Part shown: piece after piece, positions 36,950 to 50,418 of the stretch | Layout: the number at the start of each line of letters is the position of its first letter | How positions within the stretch are numbered: the first letter of the stretch is position 1 | Assembly (NCBI GenBank): GCA_002104895.1 | Contig: MCFG01000101.1 | Span: 124,001-178,360, forward strand | Length of the DNA: 54,360 nt | Direction of reading: 5' to 3' | Source of the DNA: Anaeromyces robustus | Lineage: Eukaryota | Made by a program: the position numbers and the translations under genes | Notes under the pieces: generated by a model | Database searches by the model: none | What the model saw: the letters and a program-made list of their open reading frames with translations, nothing else | What the model was told of the DNA's origin: nothing

Positions 36950-38313
36950 ATGAATAATAATGGTGATTTGCCTGGTATTAATAACCGTAATAGTCAAAAA
37001 CTAGTACATTCTAGAGGAAATAAAATAAGAGTTGAAAAAGAAAATGGTAATAGTAATCATTATGTTAAAATTTTATCCGAGAATAATATTCATGAAATGT
37101 TACAAAAAGAAAAAAGAGAAGAGGAATTAGAAGTAGAAAAAAAAGAAGAAGAAGAAGAAGAAGAAGAAAAAGATGAAAAGTTAAAAAGAGAAAAAGAAGA
37201 AAAAGAGGAAAAAGAAGAAAAAGTTATATATGGACCAGAAGCTCGTTTACATAAAGATATTATTTTTAGAAGAGTTATAAAATTTTTATTACTTTTATGG
37301 TTAACCAGTGGAATATTTTTAATATCAATAATTGTAGCATGTATTATTTTTAGTATAGGTTACGATTATTCTCAATTAAAAAATGTAAAATTTTATATTA
37401 TTTATTTATCTTTTATTTTTTATAGTAGTAGTGTATTTTTTATTTTTAAATCTTTATGGAAAACATATTTGAAAATCATCAATTTTATTATTAAATTTAA
37501 TTTTAATAATAATTCCGGTTGGGAAAATAAAATTAGAAAAAACATGGTTTATATTTTTCCTATTACATTAGTGATCACATATATTCTTATGATTATTTTA
37601 GTCTATAAAATGGGTGTTGTTGAATTAATTGATAATATTACTTATTATTTAGTTCCAGGAGGCGCTTTCACCATACTACTATTTAATTTATTTGCAAGAT
37701 CAAAAAATTATTATTTATTTTTAACAAAAATTAAAAATAGTCCACAATTAATCAATAAAAGTTATAATAATGATAATGATATTGATAATAATAATAATGA
37801 TAATAATAATAATGATAATAATGATAATGATAGTAATGGTAATATGGAAAAAAATAATATCATAAAAAATTTTTATATTTCATTTTGTACTGTAAATGGA
37901 ATGAAAATATGTCGATTCCTCAGAATAGAATATATTCTTAGTATTATTTCACATTTTTTATTATATGCTTTATTATTAAAATTTTTAATTTTAAAAAGCT
38001 TTAACCTAAAAAACAATAAAATGATTCTTTATTTATTAGAAGCTTTTTTAATAATATTTGTAATTAAAAGAATTATACAAAATTATCTGTTAATATTTGA
38101 TATATTTAAATTATTTATACAAAAATTTAAATCATTCAATAAAAAATTATATCAAACTATTATAAAAAAATTTATTTATAATAATTATGATTATATAAAT
38201 AAAAAAGTATCATTAGGTTCATTAAATAATGTATTTCTTGTAAATTTAAATGATTATCAAAATAGTAATAATAATATTCATAATAACAACAACAACAATA
38301 ATAATAATATTAA

Positions 38314-38375
<62 letters not shown>

Positions 38376-40615
38376 GTAATAATAACAATAATAATAATGA
38401 TAATGATGATGAAAATGATAATGATGATGATATTAATTTAACAAAAATTATAGCAAAACATTATTATGAAAAAGAGATAATTTCTACATGGAATTTTGAA
38501 AGATTAAAAGAAATGAAATATTGGTTACTTGTCTTTCTTTACAAAATTATTGTAATTATTATTGGTGCTATTTTTATTAACATTTTAGATCATAAAAAGA
38601 ATCAAAAAAAAGATGAAATGGATAAAAATTTTTTAATTTCATTATTATCTCAATCTTTTTACATATTACTTTATATAACCAAAGATATATTATTTCTATA
38701 TTATATCCATAAATTAAAAAAAATTACTGATACTATTACCTATAATACACATATTCATATTCTATATTTTATAGTTACGATTTCATCAATATTCTTCTTA
38801 GTATTAATATTTATATTTACCAGTAATAAATATATTTCATGGTCATATATTTTTATAACTTACACTGATTTTAAATTTTATACCGATCCACGTTATACTT
38901 GGAGTAATGAAGATTATAATGAAAATGATCAAAATAGAAATTATTTTATAGCAAATAGTTCAAACCAAAATAATTTAATTAATCAAAAATATATATCTAA
39001 TTCTAATAATTATAATAATAATTATGTTAATGATTATAATTATGGTGATGATTATAATAATAATAGTAATAATAATAATAATAATAATAAATATATTATT
39101 AAAAATAAAATTAATGATAATGGGGATGATAATAATAAAAGTAATAACAATAATAACAATAATAATGATAATAAAGATAATAATACCTATTATATTAGAA
39201 AAGAAATTAATGATAAATGGGGTAAAAAAATATCCATTAAAAAATTAGAAAAAAGATTTAAAAGAAAAGCTATGTTTATCTATTATTATTGTAGTTTAAT
39301 TATTTTTTTCATTTTGTTTATTATTTCCATTATAATTGTAGAATCAAAAGTTACCAGAAAACCAAAAAATGTTCCAACTTCTTCAATTCCTGCTCCTAAT
39401 TCATCATTAATTCCACCATTTATTTGTCAACAAAGTTTTAATGGATTATCCATTAATGAAATTGTAATATTAGCAAAGGCAAGTTATGCTTATAATATAA
39501 ATGATGCTGTACTAACTTGGAAATACGAACGACCACCATATGATGTTAATTGTCGATGTGCTGATTATGAAATAAAAACATATCAACAAAATACAAATAC
39601 TATTCAATTTAAAAGTAAATGTGATTGTTCAACAACTCCATCAAATTGGAGTAATTATACGACAATTAATATTAATAAACAAAATTATATACATAGTAGT
39701 ACTTGTTCCTGTTCACATATGATAATAAATACAAATTATACTTCTTCATATAATAATGTAAATGAAACGATTCTTATTAATGAATTAGGTAATAATTTCA
39801 ATTGTATGGGTTATAATATTAAAGCTGAAAATGATGATCCTATGGACGATGCTTTTCAATGTTCTATTAAAAGTAATAAAAGTTTAAATAAAAAGAAAAT
39901 GACTAAAAATAATTGTCAATGTTTTTTCAATTCATATTTAGAAGTTGGAGAATACTCCATAAAAAATACAACAGGAGTTCAATATATTGATTTTATATTT
40001 CCAGAAAAAGAAATGATTGTAATAAGTATTCGTGGTACAAGAAGTATAGAAGATATATTTCAAAATATATATCTTTGGTTTGCAACATCCCTTCTTCAAC
40101 TTTCAAGTTCTTTTAATATGATTTTACGATTTTGGCCAAGAAAATCTATTGCTAATATTATTAATGCTATTTCAAAAATAGTAAATATAATTGATAAACA
40201 ATTTACAGTTGAAGATGATATTCCTTATTCGGAAACAATGTTAGATCATGTTCAAAATTTAAAAAATTCTAATCCAAAAATGAAACTTTATCTTACAGGT
40301 CATTCTTTAGGAGGTGGAATTGCTGGTATTATTGCCTCAACTTTAGGTATTCCTAGTATTGCTTTTTCATCACCAGGTTTAGGTTATTCCTATAAATCTT
40401 ATAATATTACATTAGAAAATTTAAGTCAATATTTTTTAAATATTATACCGAATAAAGATCCCGTTCCATGTATTGATTCTCAAATAGGTCAAATTCAAAA
40501 TATTATGTGTTATAAAGAAAATTTTGTGGAATGTCATTTATTAAATACTACAAAACATACATTAAATAGTATGTGTAATATTGAACCTATTAATGATTTT
40601 TTGAGTGGAAAATGA
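36950..40615 (+). CDS. Multi-pass membrane protein with C-terminal class-3 (alpha/beta-hydrolase) lipase domain, 1221 aa, single exon
   Basis: Many hydrophobic segments in the N-terminal two-thirds. Lipase motifs ISIRGTRSIEDIFQN, LTGHSLGGGIA (nucleophile Ser at ~40304), AFSSPG, DPVPCID and ECH. Confidence 0.88.
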
Positions 40616-41263
40616 AAAAAAAAAAATTTTTTTTTTTCATTAATCAATATTTCTCTATCGACAGTTGATTATTAAAAAATATTGAAAAATATATATGAAA
40701 AATTATTATATATATAAAAAATTATGTAATATGAAAATAATAATAAAAAAAATAATAATTATGTAATTTGAAATTAATAAAAAAATAATAAACTTAACAA
40801 ATATTATAATATATATATAATGGCTTGTATTATTTTTTTTTTTTATTTTGAATAATTTTAAAGACGTCTAGAATTATAAAAGACAAATTATATAATAAAA
40901 GAAAAAAAATAATTTTAAATAATAATAGAAATAGTAATAATAATAGTAAATAGTAATAATAATAGTAATTAATAATAGTAATAGTAATTAATAATAGTAA
41001 TAGTAATTAATAATAGTAATACTAATAGTTAATAGTAATAATGGTAATTAATATTCATCAAAATTTATTTTGATTAGTTCTAAATAATACACATATTACA
41101 ATTAAAAAAGTGAAAAATAATTAAAAAAATTTTAACAGTATATATTCAATAATGAAATAAATAAAAAATAAATAATTACAAAGCAAAATAAAATATTACA
41201 TAGTTAAAATTTAAAATAGTTGTTTTTTATAAATTATTTTTTATGTTTTTTTTTTATTTATTG

Positions 41264-41307
<44 letters not shown>

Positions 41308-41864
41308 TTTCTAAATTTTATTTTAATATTTTATAATTAATAATATATTCTATAAAAGTTTTATTTATCGTTATAAAAGAAGATAAAAAAAAAATATATT
41401 TTTTTGATTATATTTTTTTTTTTTTATTTAAATTTATTTTTAAACTATAAAAAAAAATTGAATGACATTATTGAAAATATTTTTATTATTATAATTAAAT
41501 GAAAAAAGATTTAGAATAAAAATTGAAAAAAAAAAAAAAAAAATAAAAATAAAAGAAAAATAAAAAAATAATAATAAAAAAAAATCAATATACAATAAAA
41601 AAAAATATAATAAAAAAAATTAAAAAAATTTTTTTTATTATATTTTATAATTTTTATATATATATTTTATATTCTATGTTTTTTATAACTATTATTTAAT
41701 TTATGTTTTTTTAATAAGAGTTTTAATAAAAACTATAAAAAATTTTATAAAATATTTTCTTTTTTTTATATAATATAATCTCTTAAAAATAAACATAAAA
41801 TAAAAATATTATTTTTTTTTATAGTTTAATAAATTTTTATCTGTAAATAAAATTTACGATATTT

Positions 41865-41907
<43 letters not shown>

Positions 41908-42319
41908 ATTTTGATTTTGATTTTGATTTAATTATATTATTATTGTTATTATTATTATTATTATTAAAATGTCAATATTAAATTTGGACATTTTTTTTTA
42001 TTTTTAATATTTAGAATTATTATATTGTAATTGTATTTTTGTTTTATTGTATTTTGTTTTATTTTTAATTTATTATTATTTTTTTTTTACTTTGGGTGTT
42101 TTAATTTTTTTTTTTTCTTTTTGTTATTGAATTGTTTTTTTTTTTTTTTTTTTCAATTTTTGTTAATTTTATCAAATAATTAAAAAATTAGATATATTTA
42201 CATCTTTAAATAACTTCGTTTAATGTTCGTATAATAAGTTTTTGTTTTCTTAAATAATAAATTTTTTAATTAATTGTTAAAATTGATGAAAACTTTTTTC
42301 TTCTTTAAAAAGTTTACTT

Positions 42320-42363
<44 letters not shown>

Positions 42364-42719
42364 TATTGTACTTAATTTTATTATTTTTATTATATTTTAT
42401 TTGGATTTTTTTTTTATTGTTTTGTTTTGTTTTGTTTTGTTGATTAAATAATTTATATTGACAGATGATAATGAATACCTTAAATTATAAAACTTTTTTT
42501 TTTTTTTTTATTATGATATTATAATAACTAATTTGTAAAATATTATGTATTACTTGTATAAAAAAAAAAAAAAAAAGCTTGTATATTATAATAAATAATA
42601 TTTAATTATTATTTTTATTAAATTCTATTTTTGATTTTGATTTTATGTTATATATATATATGTATTAATATATATATTGCATATTGCATTTGTATATTAT
42701 ATATATTGCATTTTTATGA

Positions 42720-45700
42720 TTATTGGAAGAATTTTCTTAATTTATAAGTTTCTTTACGTGCGTTTTCTTCAATATGATCCTTTAATAAAAGATTTACTCT
42801 TAAAACATCATTAATTCTAACATATTTCATGATACTATCATCATCATCGAAACTAATCTTTTTGTCAGCTAAATGCTTTTTATGAATAATATCACGTTTC
42901 CAATCATTAACAACTCTTTCCCAAGCTCTAGTAGCTTTAATGAAACTTTCTAAAGCTTCTTGTATTCTTAAATATTCTTGTGGTAATTCTTGATGACCAT
43001 TAATATTATATTTTTCTTCCATACATTCTAAATAATTAATGACATGAGTTTGAGTTAATCTAGCAAAGGATGGGAAAGATCTAACAGAGAATTGATAATA
43101 CCATTTTGGTACTGGTGGTGGAACAGATTCAAATGATTTTTGTTCTTCACGGAAACATGAACCTGAAAGTCTATGAATAATACGTAACATAGCAGTAAGA
43201 CAATGTAATAATTCTGGATCAACTGGAATTTGAATTTTTTCTTGTAATTTTTGGTGAGGAATCATAGGATTAATGTTCATTTGTTTATTTAAATCATTAA
43301 CCATTCCTCCCATGGTCATCATATTATTTACAGTCATACCATTCATACCATTCATACCATTCATACCGTTCATACCTTTATTACTACCATATGGATTTGG
43401 TGGTACTGGGAAGTCAAGAGAAATATCTTCAGTCATCATACTTTCTTCATTTTGAATCATACTAGTTGTTTTAGACATACCTGGTACAATATTAGTCATA
43501 TTGACTTGACGAGTATTAATACCCATTTTAGTCATATTATTTTGTTGAGTATTTTTAGTATTCATATTATCTAACATTTCTAATTCTTGAGCGAAATGAT
43601 CGGTAGAATTTAATTTAGTTGGCTTTTTAGGGTTTTTATTATTTGGAGCTGGTGATTCATTACCTAAAGCTCTATATAAAGAATTGAAATCACCACCAAC
43701 ATCCATTAAACTTAGTTTTTTAAAGTGTAATAAAGAATTAGTATTACCAATAACAGAGTTACGACCAATGAATGGATTTAAGGTACCATCTTCCTTCTTT
43801 GGTAAGTAGAATCTATCATCTTCATCACTATCTGATAAATCATCCTTTCCACCATAATGCATAAGATCCTTAATATTTGGTTCAATACCACTACCAAAGG
43901 ATTCCTTTCTTTGACCATTTGGTGAATATTTCATAGAATATGGTGATTCATTCATCATTGGACTCATACCATTCATACCATTCATATCACCCATTTTTGG
44001 AGTACCATTCATTCTTGGTGAACCATATTTATTTTTCTTCATTAATGGATTTCCCATTGGAACATTTATTGGATTATTTTCACCTAACATTGGACTATTA
44101 TATTTATTCATATTTGGACTCATTAATCCAGGAGTACCCATACCTAATTTCATGACTGGAGTACGTGGTCCCATAGGTGGACTAATAATACCCATATCTT
44201 TTGGACTTGTTTGTTTCATCATTGGTGGACTCATACTTGGACTAGTTAATCCTGGAGTACCCATATTTGGTTTATTCATTGGAGTTCCCATACTTGGTGG
44301 AATCATTGGTGGACTCATCATACCACCCATACCTGGTTGAGTTATCTTTGGTTGATTCATCAATCCAATGGAATTACTCATTTCTGGTTGAGTTATCTTT
44401 GGTTGATTCATTAATCCAATGGAATTACTCATACCTGGTTGAGTTATCTTTGGTTGATTCATTAATCCAATTGAACTACTCATTTCTGGTTGAGATATTT
44501 TTGGTTGATTCATTAATCCAATGGAATTACTCATACCTGGTTGAGTTATCTTTGGTTGATTCATTAATCCAATGGAACTACTCATTTCTGGTTGAGATAT
44601 TTTTGGTTGATTCATTAATCCAATGGAATTACTCATACCTGGTTGAGTTATCTTTGGTTGATTCATAAATCCTATTGAATTAGCCATATCTGGTGGGGTT
44701 ACATTTGGTTGATTCATAAATCCAATGGAATTCATATTTTCTGGAGCAGACATCTTTGGACTCATTAATCCCATTGAACCTCCAACATTTGGTTGACCTA
44801 ATTTTGGACTCATCATATTATTCATTGGAATTTGTGGAAGACTTGGAGCATTCATACCTAATTGTTTATTAACTGGAACAATTAAAGCATGAAGACTGGA
44901 ACCATTATCAACACAAAGTAAATCAGCAAAACAAATATTCCAAACCTTTAATAAAGCAGTTCTTCTAAAGAATGGATCTCTGACATCTTGACAAATCTTA
45001 ACAATTAAAGGCTTATTCATTTCATCAACAATAGATTTTGGGATGGTTAATGAAAATCCTAAATTGTTTTGAACATAATCATCACAATTTCTGTATCTCT
45101 TGGCTTGTAATTCTGGTGGTGGTGGATTAGATGGTGGTGGTGGGAATTGTTTGAATTTTGGTCTTTCAATATGTGGTGTTGGATTAGAAGCTTCCATTGT
45201 TAAATCAATGTAAGTTTCTTTTATTCTGTTAAGAACATACATCCATCTATTGAATTCTCTACTATCTGAAGCTCTAAGAATATAACTTATTTTTTCAGTA
45301 GTAATAACAAAAGTATTTTCATTTTGATTTTGATTATTATTACGAAGAATTCCAGAAATATCATCACCATTGTTAACTGTTCTAACACTAAGTAATGGTT
45401 GAATACTAACAATATCATGAATATTAAGTATCCACTAAAATATTATAAATATATAATATTATAATATAATAATAAGGTATATACATAAATAATATAATAA
45501 TAAGATATATACATATGATATAATATAATGAGATATATGCATAAATAATATAATATAATAATATAATAATAAGATATATATATGATATAATATAATTAAT
45601 ATAATTAATCCATGATATAAATAAATATTATATATATATAATTCATATTCAATCTTAATATATAAAAAAAAATTTATTTAATGTTAAAACATATTAGAAA

Positions 45701-48188
45701 AAAAAAATTACCTTTGGATAATAATATTGACGAGAATTTAAATCTGGTATACCATGTTCACTTCCAAGAAATTCATTAGCTACTAATGGGTTAATTAATT
45801 CTGGATTAACAGGATCATTTGGATAAAATCTACCTATAGAATGAAGGAATTCAAAAGATTCTGCTGTACCATCTTTTAAAAAGATAGGTTGGAAATTTAA
45901 TAAATTAGAATTTGTTGGGACTTTATGTTTATGTGTTGATAAACAAGTTAAAAGTAAACCATCAAATCTAAATAATCTTCTTTGGAAACGACCATGAGTA
46001 GATAATTTTTCTAAATAACCAGAATAAATTAAAGGATTTAAATTTTCTACAGCTTTATATTCTTTTTCATTATCTAAGAATGATGGCATCATAGATTTTG
46101 GTGGTTCAATTTGTGGAGCAGTTAATAAAGGTTTTGAGGATGGTTTAACTTCTGGTTTTAATTCATTATCATGTTCAGGTTTTTCATTATTTAATTCATT
46201 AATTGGTGAATCTTGGGTATTTGGTTTTGGTTCAATTTCTTTATCAATATTATTAGTCTTATTCATCTTATTTTCATCTTCTTGATCATTTATATTCATA
46301 TTCTTTAATCCTATATATATTTAAAAAAAAAATAAAAATAAAATATTAATTATTATTTAAAAAGGATTAAAATATTTACAAAATAATAATAATAATTATA
46401 ATAATTTAATAAAATAAATATTATAATAAAAAAAATTTGAAATTTATTATTTAAAATAATTCTTAATAATTTCTTTTTTCATTTTCAATTTTTTTTTTTT
46501 AATTTATATATATATATTACAAATGTTTTTACATATTTACATAATATAAATATATAATTTATTGAATGTATAAATATTTTTTTTATAAAAAAAAAAAAAA
46601 AAAAAACATAAACAAATTTTAAAAATTAAAAAATTAAAAAAAAAAATTTTTTTTTATTTCTTATTTACCTTCATTAGCTCTATAAAATTCATCATCAGAA
46701 TCAGATCTTTCTTTACCTTTATTTTTCTTTACTGACTTTTTAGTATCTTCTTCTTCAAGTTTTGGAGATATTAATAAAGCATCAGTACTATCATCAGGAT
46801 TTAAACCTAATGGAGCAATTTCCTTTGATGAAAGATAAATAGATTGAGTTGGTGGTTTAATCATACTACTTGTTAAAGAAGCAACATTTGGTTGAATAGT
46901 AGTTGTTGCAACAAATTGTGGTTGAATATTTGATAATGATTGATCAGCAATATTACTAGCATCTTTTTCAGCATCAATAACCATTTGTGGAGTAAGTTCA
47001 TTAACAACTGGTTTAATATGAGTTGTACCAACATAACTTGGTTTTAAATTTTCAATATCTTTAGCTTCTTTAGCAGCTTGTTCTCTTTCTAATTGACCTT
47101 TTGATTTTTTTACCTCTTTCTTTACTTCACCATTATCTTCTTTCTTTTCTTTATCTTCTTTCTTTTCTTTATCTTCCTTCTTTTCTTTTTCTTTTTCTTC
47201 GGATTCTTTTTGTTTTATTTCTTGTAATTTTTGAGCAACATGATTACTGACAATATCTTTACTATCTCTAACACTGTCTCTTTGGAATCTTAAACTAAAA
47301 TCTTCTTCTTCAATTTCACTATCACTAGCTGATTCATAAACATTAATTTCATCATCTTTTTTATATTTTTCAATATTCTTTTCAATTTTTTCTTCTAAAG
47401 ATTTTTTAGAAGTTGGAACTTCCTTATTTTCATTATTTTCCTTTTTATCATCTAATTGATTCTGTAAAATTGGTTTTGGGTTTTCATCACCTGCTTCATA
47501 ATCAGATTCATAAGAAACGTAAGAATAATCATTATAAATACTAGAATTATCTTCAGAATATCTTATTGAATCTTGAGTTGGTTTTTCTAATGATACATGT
47601 TTAGTTAATGGTGCTAAAGTAGAAAGCATAGAATAACGTTGAGGTTGTGGTTCTTCATTTGTAACAATTGCCATTTGATTTTCGACAATTGGTTCATATT
47701 CAGATTCTTCCATATAAGAAGTTCTATTTAATGTATCAAAAGTATATGATGATTCTGATAAATAAGTATTTCTTCTATCATCGAAAAATGAATCATAATT
47801 TGAATATAATGTTTCCTTTTTCTTTTCCATTTTTGGTGGTTCTATTTTATTTAAATATTCAGAGTTATCAGGATTATTAGCTCCTTTATTTAACCAAGGA
47901 AATGAATCAGAAGATGGGACTGGAGAAAAAGCTTTTTGATTAGTTTTCTATCATATATAAAAATATTATATAATAATTTTATGAATAAGTAAATATAATA
48001 ATATTATTATTAGTATTTGTATTAGTATTTGTATTACTATTAGTATTAATTTTAGTTTTAGTTTTAGTTTTATTATTATTATTTATATAATTTTTAATAC
48101 TTTTAAAAATATTTACATTTTCTTTTAAAGAAGAAACTAAAGGTGATTTTTTATCAGTCTTTTTAGAATTTTTTAGTATACCTGTCAT
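42720..48188 (-). CDS. PH-domain protein with acidic/charged N-terminus and Met/Pro-rich tandem-repeat region, ~1554 aa, 4 exons (48188-48117, 47947-46669, 46310-45712, 45434-42720)
   Basis: Three GT..TAG introns join four track ORFs in frame (4665 nt). PH signature YSGYLEKLSTHGRFQRRLFRFDGLLLTCL ... PKWILNIHDIVSIQ ... TFVITTEKISYILRASDSREFNRWMYVL. Confidence 0.8.
44330..44735 (-). repeat. Coding minisatellite, 51-bp unit (17 aa: NSIGLMNQPKITQPGMS and variants), about 8 copies
   Basis: ttggttgattcattaatccaat recurs with 51-bp periodicity; the repeat is visible in the translation of ORF 42720..45242. Confidence 0.95.
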
Positions 48189-50381
48189 CTTTTTTTTTTA
48201 TTATTATTTTAATAAATATAATAACAAATAAATAAATATAATATAATATTTTAGAAATCTTTAAAATATTCTACTATTTTCTTAATATTAAATATTTATG
48301 TTAAGTATATCGAATAAATAAATATATAAATAAATAAAATAATAAAAAAATATTATAAAATTTTATTAATAATATTAAAATTTAATAGTGTTTATAGTGT
48401 TTAATTCTCTCTAATGAATTAACTTTTAATATATAATAATATTATATTATTTTGTTTATTATGGTGCATTTTTATAATAATATAAATTAATACATATGCA
48501 CAAATATTTATATTTATTTTTATTTTTATTTTTTTGGATAATTATTTTGTTTAAAATATTTACTTAGATTTTACGAATTTTTATTTTTTATTATTTTTAT
48601 TTTTACATTATATATTATTATTATTACTTTTATAATATTTTGGTTAATAACATTTACTATTATATGAAAGATAAATAAATTACTTAATTTATATTAACTT
48701 TTATTATTTATCTCTATTTATTATAAACATTTATATTCTCATATACTCCTATTTTACTTATTTATTATTTTCTTTTCTTATTTTAAGTTTATTGTAAAAA
48801 AATATTATTTTTTTTTGTTTATTATTAGATAACATTTATTTGTTTGTTTATTATTTATATATATAATTTTTTATTGTTATATTATTTAATGTTTTCCAAT
48901 TCTATTCAAAATAAAAAAAAAATTATAAATAAAAAAATATTTTTTATTTTTTTTTTATTTTACTTACCTATTTTTATTTTATTATTATTATTTATTTATT
49001 TTTGGTTTATTTTATTTTATTATGTTTTGTTTTGTTTTGTTTTTTATAGCGAATAGATAAAACTTTTTTTAAATTATATTATTGAATATATTTAAATAAT
49101 TTATTTATTATTTTTAAAAATCCATTATTTATATTTATTTTTTTATTTTTTATTCCTATTTAATTTAAATAATATTTTATAAAAAGGAAAATATAAGCAA
49201 TTATATATAATCTATTTTCCTTTTTTATCTTATCCTTTTTTTAAATATATTATTTATAAGGTTGATTAGATTAATTATAATTACTAATTGATAGTATAAT
49301 AGAGTTTTTAAAAAAAGGAAATGAATAATTAAAAAAAAAAAAAAAAAATTTAATATATAAATTATATTTAATTATAATAAATCAACATTTATTTATTATT
49401 TATTATTTATTTATTATTTATTTATTATTTATTTATTTATTTATTTATTAACCTATTCATCTATTTATTTTACTTTGTATCTATTTAAATTTTTTATTAA
49501 TTTTTTATTAAATATATATTTATTATTTATATATTTATCTACTTATTTATTAACATATATTATTTGGTTTTATTTATTTATTTATTTATATTTATTTATT
49601 TTTTTTTTATTAGATAGTAATTATAGAAAATCTTAATATATAATAAATAGTTTGTATTACACTAAAAAAAAAAAATATGAATAATAAATATTGATATAAA
49701 TAAATAAATAAATAAAAAAAAAATAATTAATTATGAAATATTATTCTAATTATTAATCATTATTATTTATATATTAATTTAAAGATTTTCATAACATAAT
49801 GAAAAAAAAAAAAACATCAAAATGTATAAAAATTTTTAAAAAAATTAATTAATAAGCTTTTTAACATTATTTTTAATACATTTCTATTATTAATCATAAT
49901 GTAAAAAAACAATATAATAATATATATTTAATTATATAAATATATATAATTATATATTAATAAATTTTATTAATACTATATATTAAATTTTTATATCAAA
50001 AAAAAAATGTGTTTTAAAAAAAACTTTGTATAACGTAAAATTAATTTTGTCATACTCTAAACAATTTATTATTGGATAAAAATTTATTATATTTTTTATA
50101 TTATTATATTATATTATTGTTATATTATATAATATTAAATTTCTAAATTATTATTTATTTATTTATTTTCATTTATATATTTATATATTTATTATTTATA
50201 TAATTATTTTATTTATTTATTATTTATTTATTTATTTTCATTTATATTTTTTTTAAAATTTTTTTATTTTTGGTTTTATATTAAATAATATAGGTATTAA
50301 TATATATTATATATATTATAATATAATTATAATCTATTTATAAAATAATATATTTTAATATATTTTTTTTATTTATAGATG

Positions 50382-50418
<37 letters not shown>

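Noticed and set aside
36950..40615. Lack of introns as evidence of horizontal transfer of the lipase
   Set aside because: The native SPT3 gene is also intronless and the lipase has host-like poly-N tracts; phylogeny would be needed.
43273..44668. Plus-strand ORFs over the PH gene repeat, and the 51-bp array as a possible CRISPR
   Set aside because: Antisense shadows of a coding minisatellite. The units are contiguous with no unique spacers, and the context is eukaryotic.
45455..45620. Degenerate repeats in PH-gene intron 3
   Set aside because: Ordinary AT-rich slippage minisatellite with no defined unit or termini.
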